NCBI GenBank assembly: GCA_015057375.1
Contig: SVEM01000003.1
Span: 10,778 to 74,777, forward strand
Origin: Lachnospiraceae bacterium
GTDB lineage: Bacteria > Bacillota > Clostridia > Lachnospirales > Lachnospiraceae
Reading direction: 5' to 3'
Length of the DNA stretch: 64,000 nucleotides
Under the pieces are notes generated by a model that was not told where the DNA came from, made no database searches, and saw nothing but the letters and a program-made list of their open reading frames with translations. A program made the translations under genes and the position numbers. Within the stretch, counting starts at the first letter, position 1; each line of letters begins with the position of its first letter. Below are positions 1 to 10,507 of the stretch, piece after piece.

Positions 1-1
1 T

Positions 2-553
2 TCAGGAAAGACAACACTTATGAACCTTCTCGGGGCGCTTGATATGCCAAAATCAGGAACTATTACATTTGATGGAAATGATATAACGGCAATGACAGAA
101 AGTGAGCGTGAGAAGCTCAGAAAAAATGAAATAGGCTTTGTATTTCAGTCGGTTGCGCTTATTCCAATTATGACGGCATATGAAAATGTTGAATTTGCTC
201 TCAGACTTGCAGGTTATAAGGGAAACAGAAAAGAGCGTGCCATGCAGTGTCTGAACCTCGTAGGACTTGGTAAAAGGGCAGGACATATGCCTCAGGAGCT
301 TTCGGGTGGAGAGCAGCAGCGAGTTGCCATAGCAAGAGCTATAGCGCATAAGCCGGGTGTAATATTTGCCGATGAGCCTACTGCAGAGCTTGATTCCGGA
401 AGCAGTGTACAGGTTGTAAAGGTGTTTAGGGATCTGGTTGAAAAAGAAGGTATTACGGTTGTCATGACGACACATGATACAGGGCTTATGGGTGTTGCTG
501 ATATGATATATGAACTGGAGGACGGTGAGATAGTTGAGTCAGATGAAGAATGA
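2..553 (+). CDS. ABC transporter ATP-binding protein (MacB/LolD-like), 5' end outside window
   Basis: Frame open from base 2 (SGKTTLMN, end of Walker A); LSGGEQQR signature, Walker B IFADEPT, H-loop THD. Confidence 0.9.
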   Translation, partial: SGKTTLMNLLGALDMPKSGTITFDGNDITAMTESEREKLRKNEIGFVFQSVALIPIMTAYENVEFALRLAGYKGNRKERAMQCLNLVGLGKRAGHMPQELSGGEQQRVAIARAIAHKPGVIFADEPTAELDSGSSVQVVKVFRDLVEKEGITVVMTTHDTGLMGVADMIYELEDGEIVESDEE

Positions 554-1439
554 AAATAACACTCCAATGATAGAGTGCGATAATCTCGTTAAGATATATA
601 AAACAAAAGATATTGAGGTGCTTGCTTTGCAGGGCCTTGATATAACAGTTGATCGTGGTGAGCTTATGGCGATCATTGGAAACAGCGGAAGCGGTAAATC
701 TACATTTCTTAATATGATAGGCGGACTCGACAGACCGAGTGCCGGTAAATTATATGTTGACGGAAAAAATCTGTTTCGTATGACCGAGGCTGAACTTGTA
801 GACTACAAGAAAAATACAGTAGGTTTTGTGTGGCAGAATAATGCAAGAAACCTTCTTCCATATCTTACTGCCATGGAAAATGTAATGACGCCTATGTTAT
901 TTTCCAAGGAAGAAAATAAAAAAGAAAGAGCAAAGATGCTTCTTGACATGGTTGGATTGTCGCACAGAAGCGGAAATAAACTTAACCAGCTTTCGGGTGG
1001 AGAGCAGCAGAGAGTTGCGATTGCCATAGCACTTGCAAATAATCCTAAGCTTCTTCTTGCCGATGAGCCTACGGGTTCAGTAGACCGTAATACATCGGAT
1101 TATATTCTTGATATGTTTAGAAGACTTAATGAGGAACTTGGAATTACAATAGTTATCGTTACGCATGATAAAGGTCTTGCAAGGAAGGTTAACCGTGTAG
1201 TTTCTATAAGAGACGGAAAAACAAGTACAGAGCGAATCATGAAAACCGATTACCTTGAGAGGTTAAATGATACATCATTTAACTGGAATACGGAAGATGA
1301 GACGCAGGAAGAATACGCTGTTTTAGATCGTGCGGGAAGACTGCAGATACCGCCTGAGCTTCTTAGCAGTCTGGGCGTGTCCGGAAATAAAGTTAAGCTT
1401 AACATGCAGGACGGAAAAATAATAATCGAAAAACCATAA
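534..1439 (+). CDS. ABC transporter ATP-binding protein with C-terminal AbrB/MraZ-like extension
   Basis: [23 protein letters not shown]; tail [16 protein letters not shown]...KIIIEKP; start may be ATG 543. Confidence 0.88.
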   Translation: MSQMKNENNTPMIECDNLVKIYKTKDIEVLALQGLDITVDRGELMAIIGNSGSGKSTFLNMIGGLDRPSAGKLYVDGKNLFRMTEAELVDYKKNTVGFVWQNNARNLLPYLTAMENVMTPMLFSKEENKKERAKMLLDMVGLSHRSGNKLNQLSGGEQQRVAIAIALANNPKLLLADEPTGSVDRNTSDYILDMFRRLNEELGITIVIVTHDKGLARKVNRVVSIRDGKTSTERIMKTDYLERLNDTSFNWNTEDETQEEYAVLDRAGRLQIPPELLSSLGVSGNKVKLNMQDGKIIIEKP

Positions 1440-1455
1440 AGGAGCAGATACAATT

Positions 1456-2424
1456 ATGAAATGGACCAGTTATACACTTCATACCATAAATGAAGCAACA
1501 GATATAATAAGCTATACATTATCGGAACTCGGAGTAGAAGGAATAGAGATAGAAGACAATGTTCCGCTTACAGAGGACGAGAAAAAGCAGATGTTTGTTG
1601 ATATACTGCCGGATCCTATAGCTACTGATAACAAAGCAATTATAAGGTTCTACAAGGATAGTACAGAAGATGCGGAAGCATTTGTTGTATCTGTAAAAGA
1701 AGCGCTTTCAGAGCTTGCTGAATTCATGGATATCGGAGAAGGAACCATCGAAGTATCAGAAACTGCAGACAAGGATTGGATTAATAACTGGAAGGAGTTC
1801 TTCCATACTTTTCGTGTGACAGACCGTATGGTTATAAAGCCGACCTGGGAGGATATGTCTTCATACGATGGTTATAAAGAAGACGATATAGTAATAAGCA
1901 TTGATCCGGGAACAGCATTTGGTACAGGTTCACATGACACAACCAAGTTGTGTATCGGCGCACTTGAAAAAAATGTGAAGCCGGGTATGGATATATTTGA
2001 CGTAGGCTGCGGAAGCGGAATTTTATCGATAGCAGCGGTTAAATACGGAGCAGGTCATGCACTCGGAATAGATATAGATAAATACGCCATTCCAAGTACG
2101 ATAGAAAATCGTGATATAAACGGAATCGATGCGGACAAATTTGAGATTATGTGCGGTAATCTCCTTGATGAGACGGATGAAGAAGCTGCAAAGATTGAGA
2201 AGGGAATTTACGATATAGCTGTGGCAAATATACTTGCAGATGTTATCATTCCGTTGTCTTCTATTATAGGAGCATATATAAAGCCTGACGGATTATTTAT
2301 TTCATCAGGAATTATTAATACGGCAGCAGACAGGGTTAAAACGGCAATAGAAGCAGCAGGTTTTGAGATACTTGAAGCAACCACATCAGGTGAGTGGTAC
2401 TGCTTTACCGCAAGAAAGGTATGA
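1456..2424 (+). CDS. prmA: 50S ribosomal protein L11 methyltransferase
   Basis: DWINNWKEFF, DPGTAFGTGSHDTT, DVGCGSGILS, VANILA motifs. Confidence 0.95.
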   Translation: MKWTSYTLHTINEATDIISYTLSELGVEGIEIEDNVPLTEDEKKQMFVDILPDPIATDNKAIIRFYKDSTEDAEAFVVSVKEALSELAEFMDIGEGTIEVSETADKDWINNWKEFFHTFRVTDRMVIKPTWEDMSSYDGYKEDDIVISIDPGTAFGTGSHDTTKLCIGALEKNVKPGMDIFDVGCGSGILSIAAVKYGAGHALGIDIDKYAIPSTIENRDINGIDADKFEIMCGNLLDETDEEAAKIEKGIYDIAVANILADVIIPLSSIIGAYIKPDGLFISSGIINTAADRVKTAIEAAGFEILEATTSGEWYCFTARKV

Positions 2425-2801
2425 GATATATAAGAAAAAATGATATTTTGCTTGCAATAATTCTTTTGTTTGCAGGACTTGGAATGTTTTTGATATTTTC
2501 GCTGTCAAATAAACCGGGCGGGTATGTAAACATAAGTGTAGACGGTTATACATGCAAAACATTGCCTGTAAATAAGGATGCAGTTATACGCATACCGGAA
2601 ACCGGAGAGGATTATAATGTTATTGAAATAAAAGACGGCAAGGTGTATGTATCATATGCAGATTGCCCTGATAAGATTTGTGTAAAACATAAACCGATAT
2701 CAGAAGTCGGCCAGACAATCATATGCCTGCCTCATAAGCTTGCAGTATCAGTATCGGGACATAATGCCGGAAAGGAAATGACAGATGGCACAACGTATTA
2801 G
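2421..2801 (+). CDS. NusG domain II-containing secreted/membrane protein
   Basis: N-terminal TM helix; ADCPDKICV...IICLPHKL motif; ATG 2421 overlaps prmA stop. Confidence 0.85.
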   Translation: MRYIRKNDILLAIILLFAGLGMFLIFSLSNKPGGYVNISVDGYTCKTLPVNKDAVIRIPETGEDYNVIEIKDGKVYVSYADCPDKICVKHKPISEVGQTIICLPHKLAVSVSGHNAGKEMTDGTTY

Positions 2802-4323
2802 CAGATATGCCGTATATATTGCACTGGCATTTATATTCAGTTATATCGAGAGCATGATTTCATTGCCTGTATACATTCCGGGTGTTAAGCTCGGACTGTG
2901 TAATATTGTAATTTTGTATGTTTTATACGACAGTAGTAGAGCCAGGGATGTATGGGCAGTTTCTATGATAAGGATAGTTCTTGTGGGATTTACATTCGGC
3001 AATGTTATGATGATGCTGTACAGTATATGTGGTGCAGTACTAAGCACTATTGCTATGCTTGCGGCAAAGAAAACAAATAAGTTCGGAATAACAGGTGTGA
3101 GCATAATCGGAGGTGTCGCTCACAATATAGGACAGATTGCTGTGGCAGCCATAACTCTTGAGACTGCACAGCTCTTATATTATCTGCCTGTATTAGTTGT
3201 GGCAGGAGTTATTTGCGGATTGATTATCGGGTTTATCTCGGGCATATGCATAGAAAGGGTTAAACCTTATTTTAAAAATGTAATGAGTGTACTTGTCTGT
3301 GTAATAGCAGGTGCGATGCTTTCAGGATGTGCATATAATATAGGGGCTACTAGGGTAGAACAAAAGTCGGATTCATTTTTTGCAATGGATACATATATGA
3401 CTGTTACGCTGTATTATGACGGTACCGTAAATGATGAGAAGGTGGAAGATGTTCTGAGCAATCTTCATGAACTGGCAGAAGATTATGATAATTTATTTTC
3501 TGTGACAAATCCTGAAAGTGATATATCAAGGCTTAACAATGCGAAAGGTTCGGTTGTAAATGTTTCTTCTGAAACTTATGAGATTATAAGTAAGAGTATC
3601 GATATATCAAAAGAAACGGACGGCTTGTTTGATATTACACTTTATCCCATTGTTAAGGTGTGGGGATTTACGGTTGGTGAAAATGATCTTAATTCCGGTA
3701 GCAGAGTTCCTGATATGCAGGTTGCGAAAAAGATTTTAGATGAAAATGTAGGCTATGAGCATATAAGTCTTTTACCGGATAATAACATAAAACTTGATCC
3801 GGGTACGATGATTGACCTTGGGGCAGTAGCAAAAGGATATTTGTCTCAGAAGATGACGGACTATCTCAGAAATACTGATATAAAAGGTGCTGTGCTTTCG
3901 CTGGGAGGCAATGTGCAGACCTACGGAATGAAGAATAATTCCGGTGACAAATATGACATAGGAATTACAAATCCCTTTGAAAATGATGAGCTTACAGGTG
4001 TAGTAAGGATAAATGAAAAAGCAGTTATAACATCCGGAGCTTATCAAAGATATTTTGAAGAAAACGGAAAGAAGTATCATCACATAATGGATGCACGTAC
4101 AGGTGCGCCTGCAGAAAGCGACCTTGCATCTGTGACTGTAATAGCATCTGACGGAGCATATGCAGATGCTCTTGCTACAGCGCTTTATGTGATGGGAAAA
4201 GACAAAGCCATTGAATATGTCAAGGCCCATGCGGATGTGGGTGTTATACTTATAGATAATGAAAACAATACATGGACATCAGAGGATATAGAATATGAAA
4301 GAAAGATGGGTACTGCACGATAA
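2785..4323 (+). CDS. apbE: Fusion: Gx transporter family (HepS-component-I-annotated) + FAD:protein FMN transferase ApbE
   Basis: N-half PGVKLGLCN...GGVAHNIGQ; internal lipobox LSGC; C-half FAMDT, DLGAVAKGY, TSGAYQRY, YHHIMD, ADALATA. Confidence 0.85.
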   Translation: MAQRISRYAVYIALAFIFSYIESMISLPVYIPGVKLGLCNIVILYVLYDSSRARDVWAVSMIRIVLVGFTFGNVMMMLYSICGAVLSTIAMLAAKKTNKFGITGVSIIGGVAHNIGQIAVAAITLETAQLLYYLPVLVVAGVICGLIIGFISGICIERVKPYFKNVMSVLVCVIAGAMLSGCAYNIGATRVEQKSDSFFAMDTYMTVTLYYDGTVNDEKVEDVLSNLHELAEDYDNLFSVTNPESDISRLNNAKGSVVNVSSETYEIISKSIDISKETDGLFDITLYPIVKVWGFTVGENDLNSGSRVPDMQVAKKILDENVGYEHISLLPDNNIKLDPGTMIDLGAVAKGYLSQKMTDYLRNTDIKGAVLSLGGNVQTYGMKNNSGDKYDIGITNPFENDELTGVVRINEKAVITSGAYQRYFEENGKKYHHIMDARTGAPAESDLASVTVIASDGAYADALATALYVMGKDKAIEYVKAHADVGVILIDNENNTWTSEDIEYERKMGTAR

Positions 4324-6061
4324 GCAGGTGGACTTTTTGGGAATTGCAAGAGAACTTGGTACGGAAGCACTTCTTGTCAAGCTCATGGTCAACAGAGGAA
4401 TATGTGATATAGACGGAATGAGACAATTTCTGTACGGGGATATGTCTGATTTGTCGGATGCATATCTTATGAAGGACCTTAAGAAAGCCTGTGACATATT
4501 ATGCGATATTGCAAATGCTCAGGATACGATTGCGATTGTGTCAGACTATGACTGTGACGGTGTGTTTTCAGGAATGATACTGTATACGGGACTTAAGAAA
4601 ATCGGAGCGAAGCCGGTTATATTTACACCTGACAGAATAAAAGACGGATACGGGATAAACAGACGAATAATAGATGAGATACATAACAAGGGCATCAGAA
4701 ATATAATAACCTGCGATAACGGAATTGCGGCAAAAGACGAGATAGCATATGCAAAAAGTCTTGGAATGACAGTAATTATTACAGATCACCACGAGATACC
4801 TTATGATGAGTCGTCGGGTGTGAGGGAATATATAATTCCGGCAGCAGATGCGGTATGTAATCCTAAGCAGGAAGACTGTGGTTATCCATACAAGCATTTG
4901 TGTGGTGCAGGTGTTTGTCTTAGAATAATAACAACTTTATACGACATTTGTAGAATTGATAAAAATGAGGAAAAGATTCTTGTTGCTTATGCGGCAATTG
5001 CAACTGTTGCAGATATCATGGAGCTTACCGGAGAGAACAGAATAATAGTTAAGGAAGGTCTTAAAATATTGTCTGAAACAGATAATCCGGGACTTCACGC
5101 GATAAGAGAGGTAAATGACCTTCTTGCTAAAAAAATAAATGCATATCACATCGGATTTATAATAGGGCCGTGTTTCAATGCGGCAGGAAGAATTGAAAGC
5201 GTTGAAACTGCATTTGAACTTCTTATGACGGATGATAGGGAAAAGGCCTCTGCGCTTGCTGCCAAGTTAAAAGAAATTAATGATATAAGAAAATCCATGA
5301 CGGAAGAAGGAGCAGAACGTGCAATAGAAATTGCCTCGGGAGAAGAATATAAGGATAAAAAGATTCTTGTTATTTATCTTCCTGATTGCCACGAAAGTCT
5401 GATTGGAATAATAGCAGGCCGTGTGAAAGAAAGATTTTACAAGCCATGCATAGTGTTTACTGATGCAGAAAATGATACATATAAGGGTTCGGCAAGATCG
5501 ATTCCGGGTTATGACATGTTTTATGAATTAAGCCGCGTAAAAGAGTTGTTTATAAAAATGGGAGGACATGCGGCAGCAGCCGGAATGACAATTAGCAAGG
5601 GTGCGTTTAATGCACTTTCGGAAAAGCTGAATGCTAACACAACCCTTACAGATACCGATCTTACTCCTGTAGTAGATATTGATGCAGACGTACTTGTAAG
5701 ACATATGACGGTTGATGTTGTTGACAAACTTGCAGAGCTTGAGCCATACGGAAACGCTAACGCAAAACCGTTATTTGTCGGCAGACATTTTAATATAAGA
5801 AGAGCAGTGATACTCGGAAAGAACAAAAATGTGCTGAAACTTACTGTATCTGACAGGGAAGGAAGAGTATGTGATGCCGTGCTGTTTAATGACATAGATG
5901 TATTCCTTCAGCATCTGACAGACCGTTTCGGAGAAGAGGAAGTTCAGAAAATGATGCATGGTGCCAGAAATGCTACAGATATGGCGCTTGTGTTTAATGC
6001 AGATGTGAATGAGTACAACGGACTGCGGACGGTGCAGTTTGTTGTAAGGCATTATTTGTAG
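4295..6061 (+). CDS. recJ: Single-stranded-DNA-specific exonuclease RecJ
   Basis: DYDCDG, TCDNGI, TDHH, ATVAD, NAAGRI, GSARS, GGHAAAAG. Confidence 0.95.
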   Translation: MKERWVLHDKQVDFLGIARELGTEALLVKLMVNRGICDIDGMRQFLYGDMSDLSDAYLMKDLKKACDILCDIANAQDTIAIVSDYDCDGVFSGMILYTGLKKIGAKPVIFTPDRIKDGYGINRRIIDEIHNKGIRNIITCDNGIAAKDEIAYAKSLGMTVIITDHHEIPYDESSGVREYIIPAADAVCNPKQEDCGYPYKHLCGAGVCLRIITTLYDICRIDKNEEKILVAYAAIATVADIMELTGENRIIVKEGLKILSETDNPGLHAIREVNDLLAKKINAYHIGFIIGPCFNAAGRIESVETAFELLMTDDREKASALAAKLKEINDIRKSMTEEGAERAIEIASGEEYKDKKILVIYLPDCHESLIGIIAGRVKERFYKPCIVFTDAENDTYKGSARSIPGYDMFYELSRVKELFIKMGGHAAAAGMTISKGAFNALSEKLNANTTLTDTDLTPVVDIDADVLVRHMTVDVVDKLAELEPYGNANAKPLFVGRHFNIRRAVILGKNKNVLKLTVSDREGRVCDAVLFNDIDVFLQHLTDRFGEEEVQKMMHGARNATDMALVFNADVNEYNGLRTVQFVVRHYL

Positions 6062-6093
6062 CGAATAGTATCAATATAAAGAAACTTAAGGCT

Positions 6094-6140
6094 GGATCCA
6101 CATTTTTTGCAAAAAGCGAAGAATGTGGATCTGTTTTATT
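6094..6140 (+). terminator. Intrinsic terminator after recJ
   Basis: GGATCCACATT...AATGTGGATCT stem followed by GTTTTATT. Confidence 0.65.
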
Positions 6141-6341
6141 GTCTTTTTGTGCAGAAGTTGTGTCGAAATGCAAACAAAATTACAGGTTAAAATGCTAAAA
6201 TGTGATATGGTTATGCCGAAAAGTTGAAAAAATGTATTGACTGTGTATGAGGGTTAGTGGTAATATTTTCTTTGTTGTTTAGTTTTCAAAAATGCATATT
6301 TTGGAAACAATGGGACTTGGAATTAGCGAGGGGAATAGATT

Positions 6342-7319
6342 ATGGAAAAAGATTATTTAACAGCAAAAAAAGATTTTAGCAGAATTGGTTCTGCACTGTT
6401 AGTGATTGCTGTTTTGAGTATTGTTATGCAATTTTTGCTTGCGTTTTTAAGTGCTGTAATATTAAAAGACGATATTTTGTCAGTAGAAAATAGTTGGTTT
6501 ATATGGGTGGCAACATTTGTGCCTATTTATGCTGCATTTCCTATTGGCATACTTGTTATGAAGAATGTGTCGAAAGAGGATTTCGTTTGTACAAAATTAG
6601 GATTAAAGAACTTTTTTGTTCTTATGCTGATTTGTTTTCCGATTATGTATGGTGGCAATATAATCGGTACAGTGTTGTCCGGTTTGTTATCCGGTGGTAA
6701 TGCCGAAAACGGATTGAATACTTTCGCATTTGATAATAACCCGCTTAAAATATTAGTGATGGTTGTGCTAGCACCGATATTAGAGGAATTTTTATTTAGA
6801 AAACAGATAATTGACCGATGTGCTCGTTATGGTGAAAAGATGGCAATTCTATTTTCTGCTTTGATGTTTGGTCTTTTTCATATGAACTTGTTTCAGTTCT
6901 TTTATGCATTTGGATTGGGACTTGTGTTTGCTTATACATACACACGAACCCGCAAATTGCGCTATTCAGTAGTTATGCACATGGTTATAAATTTCATGGG
7001 GTCAGTAATAGCTCCGGCACTTGTGTCTTCATTGGATATGGAGGCAATAGAGCAGATGTCAACCGGTGTAATAGATGAGGCAACAATGCTTTCAATGTTA
7101 CCACAACTTATTTGTTTTATGCTTTATACTTTTGCATTGCTTGGTCTGAGCATCGCAGGGCTTGTTTTGCTAATTAAAAAAGTAAGACAGCTCGTGTTCT
7201 TGCCGAAAGAAGAGGAAATAGAGAAAGGTAAGCGGTTTAAAACCGTATATTGTAATGTAGGTGTGCTCTCTTTTTGCCTGTTGTGCATTGCAATGTGCGT
7301 TTTAAGTATATTTATTTAG
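6342..7319 (+). CDS. CPBP (CAAX/Abi) family intramembrane metalloprotease
   Basis: APILEEFLFR, FGLFH, HMVIN motifs; multiple TM segments. Confidence 0.9.
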   Translation: MEKDYLTAKKDFSRIGSALLVIAVLSIVMQFLLAFLSAVILKDDILSVENSWFIWVATFVPIYAAFPIGILVMKNVSKEDFVCTKLGLKNFFVLMLICFPIMYGGNIIGTVLSGLLSGGNAENGLNTFAFDNNPLKILVMVVLAPILEEFLFRKQIIDRCARYGEKMAILFSALMFGLFHMNLFQFFYAFGLGLVFAYTYTRTRKLRYSVVMHMVINFMGSVIAPALVSSLDMEAIEQMSTGVIDEATMLSMLPQLICFMLYTFALLGLSIAGLVLLIKKVRQLVFLPKEEEIEKGKRFKTVYCNVGVLSFCLLCIAMCVLSIFI

Positions 7320-7330
7320 GAGGGGAAAAT

Positions 7331-7630
7331 ATGGAAGGAAACAATATTTTTGAGGAAACAAAGGAACCGGCAGTAGAAAATTGCAGCAAAAAACCAATGG
7401 ATACGGCTGCGTTGGTACTGGGAATTGTGGCAATTGTTGCTGCAATAATAAGTCCTCTTGTTTCGTATGTATGCGGAATTATTGGCCTTGTGTTAGCAAT
7501 CAAACATCGTAAGGTGAAGAACACAAAGGTTGCATTAATTTTGTGTATAATCGGAATTGTCTGTGGCGTTGTTTCTCATGTGTATGCTACGATTATGTTG
7601 CTTCAGGTAGCAGATAGTATGTTGTCATAA
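7331..7630 (+). CDS. Small two-TM membrane protein (DUF4190-like)
   Basis: AGGAGG RBS; ALVLGIVAI...GIIGLVLA...ALILCIIG pattern. Confidence 0.65.
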   Translation: MEGNNIFEETKEPAVENCSKKPMDTAALVLGIVAIVAAIISPLVSYVCGIIGLVLAIKHRKVKNTKVALILCIIGIVCGVVSHVYATIMLLQVADSMLS

Positions 7631-7692
7631 TGGTCTATTGAACTTTTGATTCAAGATCACCGCAGAGAAAAAACAACTGATAAAGCATATTT

Positions 7693-7739
7693 TCGGTATA
7701 TAAGGTTGTTGTTTGATTGAACGACAATCTTATATCCGA
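7693..7739. other. Long intergenic hairpin (possible terminator or processing stem)
   Basis: TCGGTATATAAGGTTGTTGTTT-GATT-GAACGACAATCTTATATCCGA. Confidence 0.5.
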
Positions 7740-7910
7740 TATAGGCTATGTGACCAAATCAGAAGGTTGTGTCCAGTAAATTGTAAGGAACAAAAGTATT
7801 TCAAAGATATGCCAGACTTCTAATTCACCCCCTCAAAAAAATTGTCTATGCAATTATTGTGTCTTTAATAATTACCTTATTGGGTATACGACGACAGAAC
7901 ATGTTTTTCT

Positions 7911-8253
7911 ATGAATAAATATTTAGAAAACGAAAAAGGTTATAGGAATTTATGTACATATATTTTCAAAAGAAATCGCATCTTGCTGGGAATATATTTG
8001 TTATTTACATTGATAATTACATGTATTCTTTATAAGGTGAAATTTTATGCTTTGATGTGGATTATTTTAATTGGTGCAATTGACCACAACATTTATACTT
8101 CTTTCTATAATTTTATTGGTTGTATCATTAGTAGAATTTCAAGAAAGATTTTACGCTATAAAGGGAATATTTATAACAATAACTGCAATATGTGAAATTG
8201 CATGGATGGGATATGTAGGATTTGTTTTGATAAGAAAAAGAGGGGAATCATGA
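7911..8253 (+). pseudogene. Probable frameshifted small membrane protein
   Basis: Two overlapping hydrophobic ORFs (7911-8195, 8071-8253) in different frames; the second ends ATGA-coupled to the next gene. Confidence 0.4.
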
Positions 8254-8636
8254 CTAAAAAAATAGTCTTTCTATTTGAAGTTATAATATGGATCTATTAC
8301 ATAATAAATCACCTTATTTTAGGTATGGACAATAGTACGATATTATTAATTCTTATATTCGTTTTTTCAGCCTTAAAACTTATTTCATATTCAAACTATA
8401 AAGTTGAGAAAAAAAGTAAAGAATCATGTTTGCCGGCAATATATGGTGCTATAGGTATATACATATGGATGCTTCAATATATAGATTCATCAAATGTATA
8501 CTTGGGAGTTTCGATTGCGATAATCGGAATTATTGTTTCAATTATAAATTATAAAATTGTTTCCACTGAAACGAGAGATGATATAAAAAATTTTGATAAT
8601 AATCGTGTTGAGAAAAATATATCTATGACTATTTGA
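8250..8636 (+). CDS. Hypothetical 4-TM membrane protein
   Basis: AGAGGGG RBS, ATG 8250; hydrophobic, very AT-rich. Confidence 0.55.
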   Translation: MTKKIVFLFEVIIWIYYIINHLILGMDNSTILLILIFVFSALKLISYSNYKVEKKSKESCLPAIYGAIGIYIWMLQYIDSSNVYLGVSIAIIGIIVSIINYKIVSTETRDDIKNFDNNRVEKNISMTI

Positions 8637-9067
8637 TGAATAAAACATTTTTAAAGAATTCGTTATCAGAAAATGGTGCAAAAGAGTATAAAATTATCTT
8701 ATATAATACGTTATTGTTTTGTATGATTTTTATTGCCTTCTTTTTGAAAATAGGAATTGATATATATAACATAGATAATGACAGCTATATTTTCCCTCTG
8801 CCATTTTGGATTGTAGTATTTATATTTATATGTATAACACTAATCTGTGAATACAAACGAGACATGTTAATAGGAAATAAATATGTGACATTTTTAAAAA
8901 ATTCACTGAGTGTAATTATAAGTGTAATATTAATGTTTTACAATAAAGCTATCGAGACATCGATAAATTTATGGGTTATTATACTAATGTTTTTCGTGAT
9001 AATTCCATTTATTACAGATTTATGGATTGTGACAAGAAAATATATGCCATACATAAGTGATATTTAA
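8633..9067 (+). CDS. Hypothetical 4-TM membrane protein
   Basis: Translationally coupled ORF; hydrophobic, AT-rich. Confidence 0.55.
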   Translation: MMNKTFLKNSLSENGAKEYKIILYNTLLFCMIFIAFFLKIGIDIYNIDNDSYIFPLPFWIVVFIFICITLICEYKRDMLIGNKYVTFLKNSLSVIISVILMFYNKAIETSINLWVIILMFFVIIPFITDLWIVTRKYMPYISDI

Positions 9068-9139
9068 CAATAAGGTTGAGGTATAAGAAATATATTGTGA
9101 AATTAAAAATAATTGATTTAATAAAGGGGGATTCTTCAT

Positions 9140-9970
9140 ATGAAAAAAGTATTAATACAATTAGGAAAGGCGATTTGTTATTTTATGCTATTTTTTGGTG
9201 TTCAGCTTTTGGTTTGCATTGCCATGATGTTTGTCTATGGAATGAAAATAGGGATGGAAACCGCTATCACTGGTACAATGCCAAGCACTGTGGAAATGGT
9301 AGAAGGAATGACAGATTTTCTGATGAATAATATGTTATGGCCGGCATGGATATCCGGTGTTTTAACATTATTTGCTTTGTGGTTGTTCTTTATAATTAGG
9401 AAAAAGAATGTTTTTCAAGAGGTTTCTCTTTGTAAATTTGATAAAAACAAGGTGATTCCGCTCATATTTTTAGGTGTAGCCACATCATTTTTTATTTCCT
9501 GCGCATTAAGTTTACTTCCTTTGCCGGAAAGTATGCTGGGATCTTATGTAGAGTCTTCACAGGGACTTACGTCGGGAAGTTTGTTTATAAGGGTTTTGGC
9601 TACAATTATCGTGGCTCCTGTTGTAGAGGAAGTTGTTTTTCGAGGACTTATTCTTTCAAGATTAAAAAAAGCCATGAATATATGGGTGGCAATAGTTATA
9701 AGCAGTTTGGCATTTGGTCTTATGCATGGGCAACTCTTGTGGATAGCATATGCTTTTGTGACGGGAATGTTGTTTGCTGTTGTGGCGGAACGTTTGAAGT
9801 CCATAGGGGCATCTATTATTATTCATATGTCATTTAATTTGGTTGGTATATTTGGAGACAATATAGATTTGGTTAGTTGGCAGCATATAGTTGTAGCAAT
9901 TGTTTCATTGGGAGTTATGGTAGGCTCTATGTATTACATAATGAAAAAGGCGCGACCTACGGCGGTATGA
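9140..9970 (+). CDS. CPBP (CAAX/Abi) family intramembrane metalloprotease
   Basis: APVVEEVVFRG, FGLMH, HMSFN motifs. Confidence 0.9.
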   Translation: MKKVLIQLGKAICYFMLFFGVQLLVCIAMMFVYGMKIGMETAITGTMPSTVEMVEGMTDFLMNNMLWPAWISGVLTLFALWLFFIIRKKNVFQEVSLCKFDKNKVIPLIFLGVATSFFISCALSLLPLPESMLGSYVESSQGLTSGSLFIRVLATIIVAPVVEEVVFRGLILSRLKKAMNIWVAIVISSLAFGLMHGQLLWIAYAFVTGMLFAVVAERLKSIGASIIIHMSFNLVGIFGDNIDLVSWQHIVVAIVSLGVMVGSMYYIMKKARPTAV

Positions 9971-10062
9971 CACAATTTGTTTTGTAAAAATTTAAAACAT
10001 ACCATATATCCCCACCACCCCATCCCGCGCATATAATAAAAAAAAGTATGTACGGAGCAAAT

Positions 10063-10407
10063 ATGGACCTTATTACAAGCAAAGAATTACACGACCGTAT
10101 GAGCCGTGGCGAGCAGTTTTATATAATAGATGTGAGAGAACGGGAGGAGTATGAAAAATACCATTTGCAGGACGCGTACAATATAGATGAGCAGAGATTT
10201 ACGGATGCATTTGACGAAAATGATACTGCTTTTATAGATGAAATAAAAACTGTGTGTAGCAAGGGAAAAACACTTGTACTTTACTGCGAACGCGGAAATA
10301 CGAGTATGCTTATTGCAAAAAAACTTATGAGTTATAATATAGACGCATACAGTTTGTACGGCGGGGTAAATGAATACAAAAAATATTTGGCGTATTACAA
10401 GAATTAA
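10063..10407 (+). CDS. Rhodanese-like domain protein
   Basis: IIDVRE...H...YCERGNTS...LYGG; GGAG RBS before ATG 10063. Confidence 0.85.
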   Translation: MDLITSKELHDRMSRGEQFYIIDVREREEYEKYHLQDAYNIDEQRFTDAFDENDTAFIDEIKTVCSKGKTLVLYCERGNTSMLIAKKLMSYNIDAYSLYGGVNEYKKYLAYYKN

Positions 10408-10507
10408 CCGATAAATTAGTGACAAAACTGCAGTTTTAGAATATAATGAGAGACGAATTTATTTTTCGAAAAAATGGTTAATAATGTAAAAGGCGGAATA
10501 TATTTAA

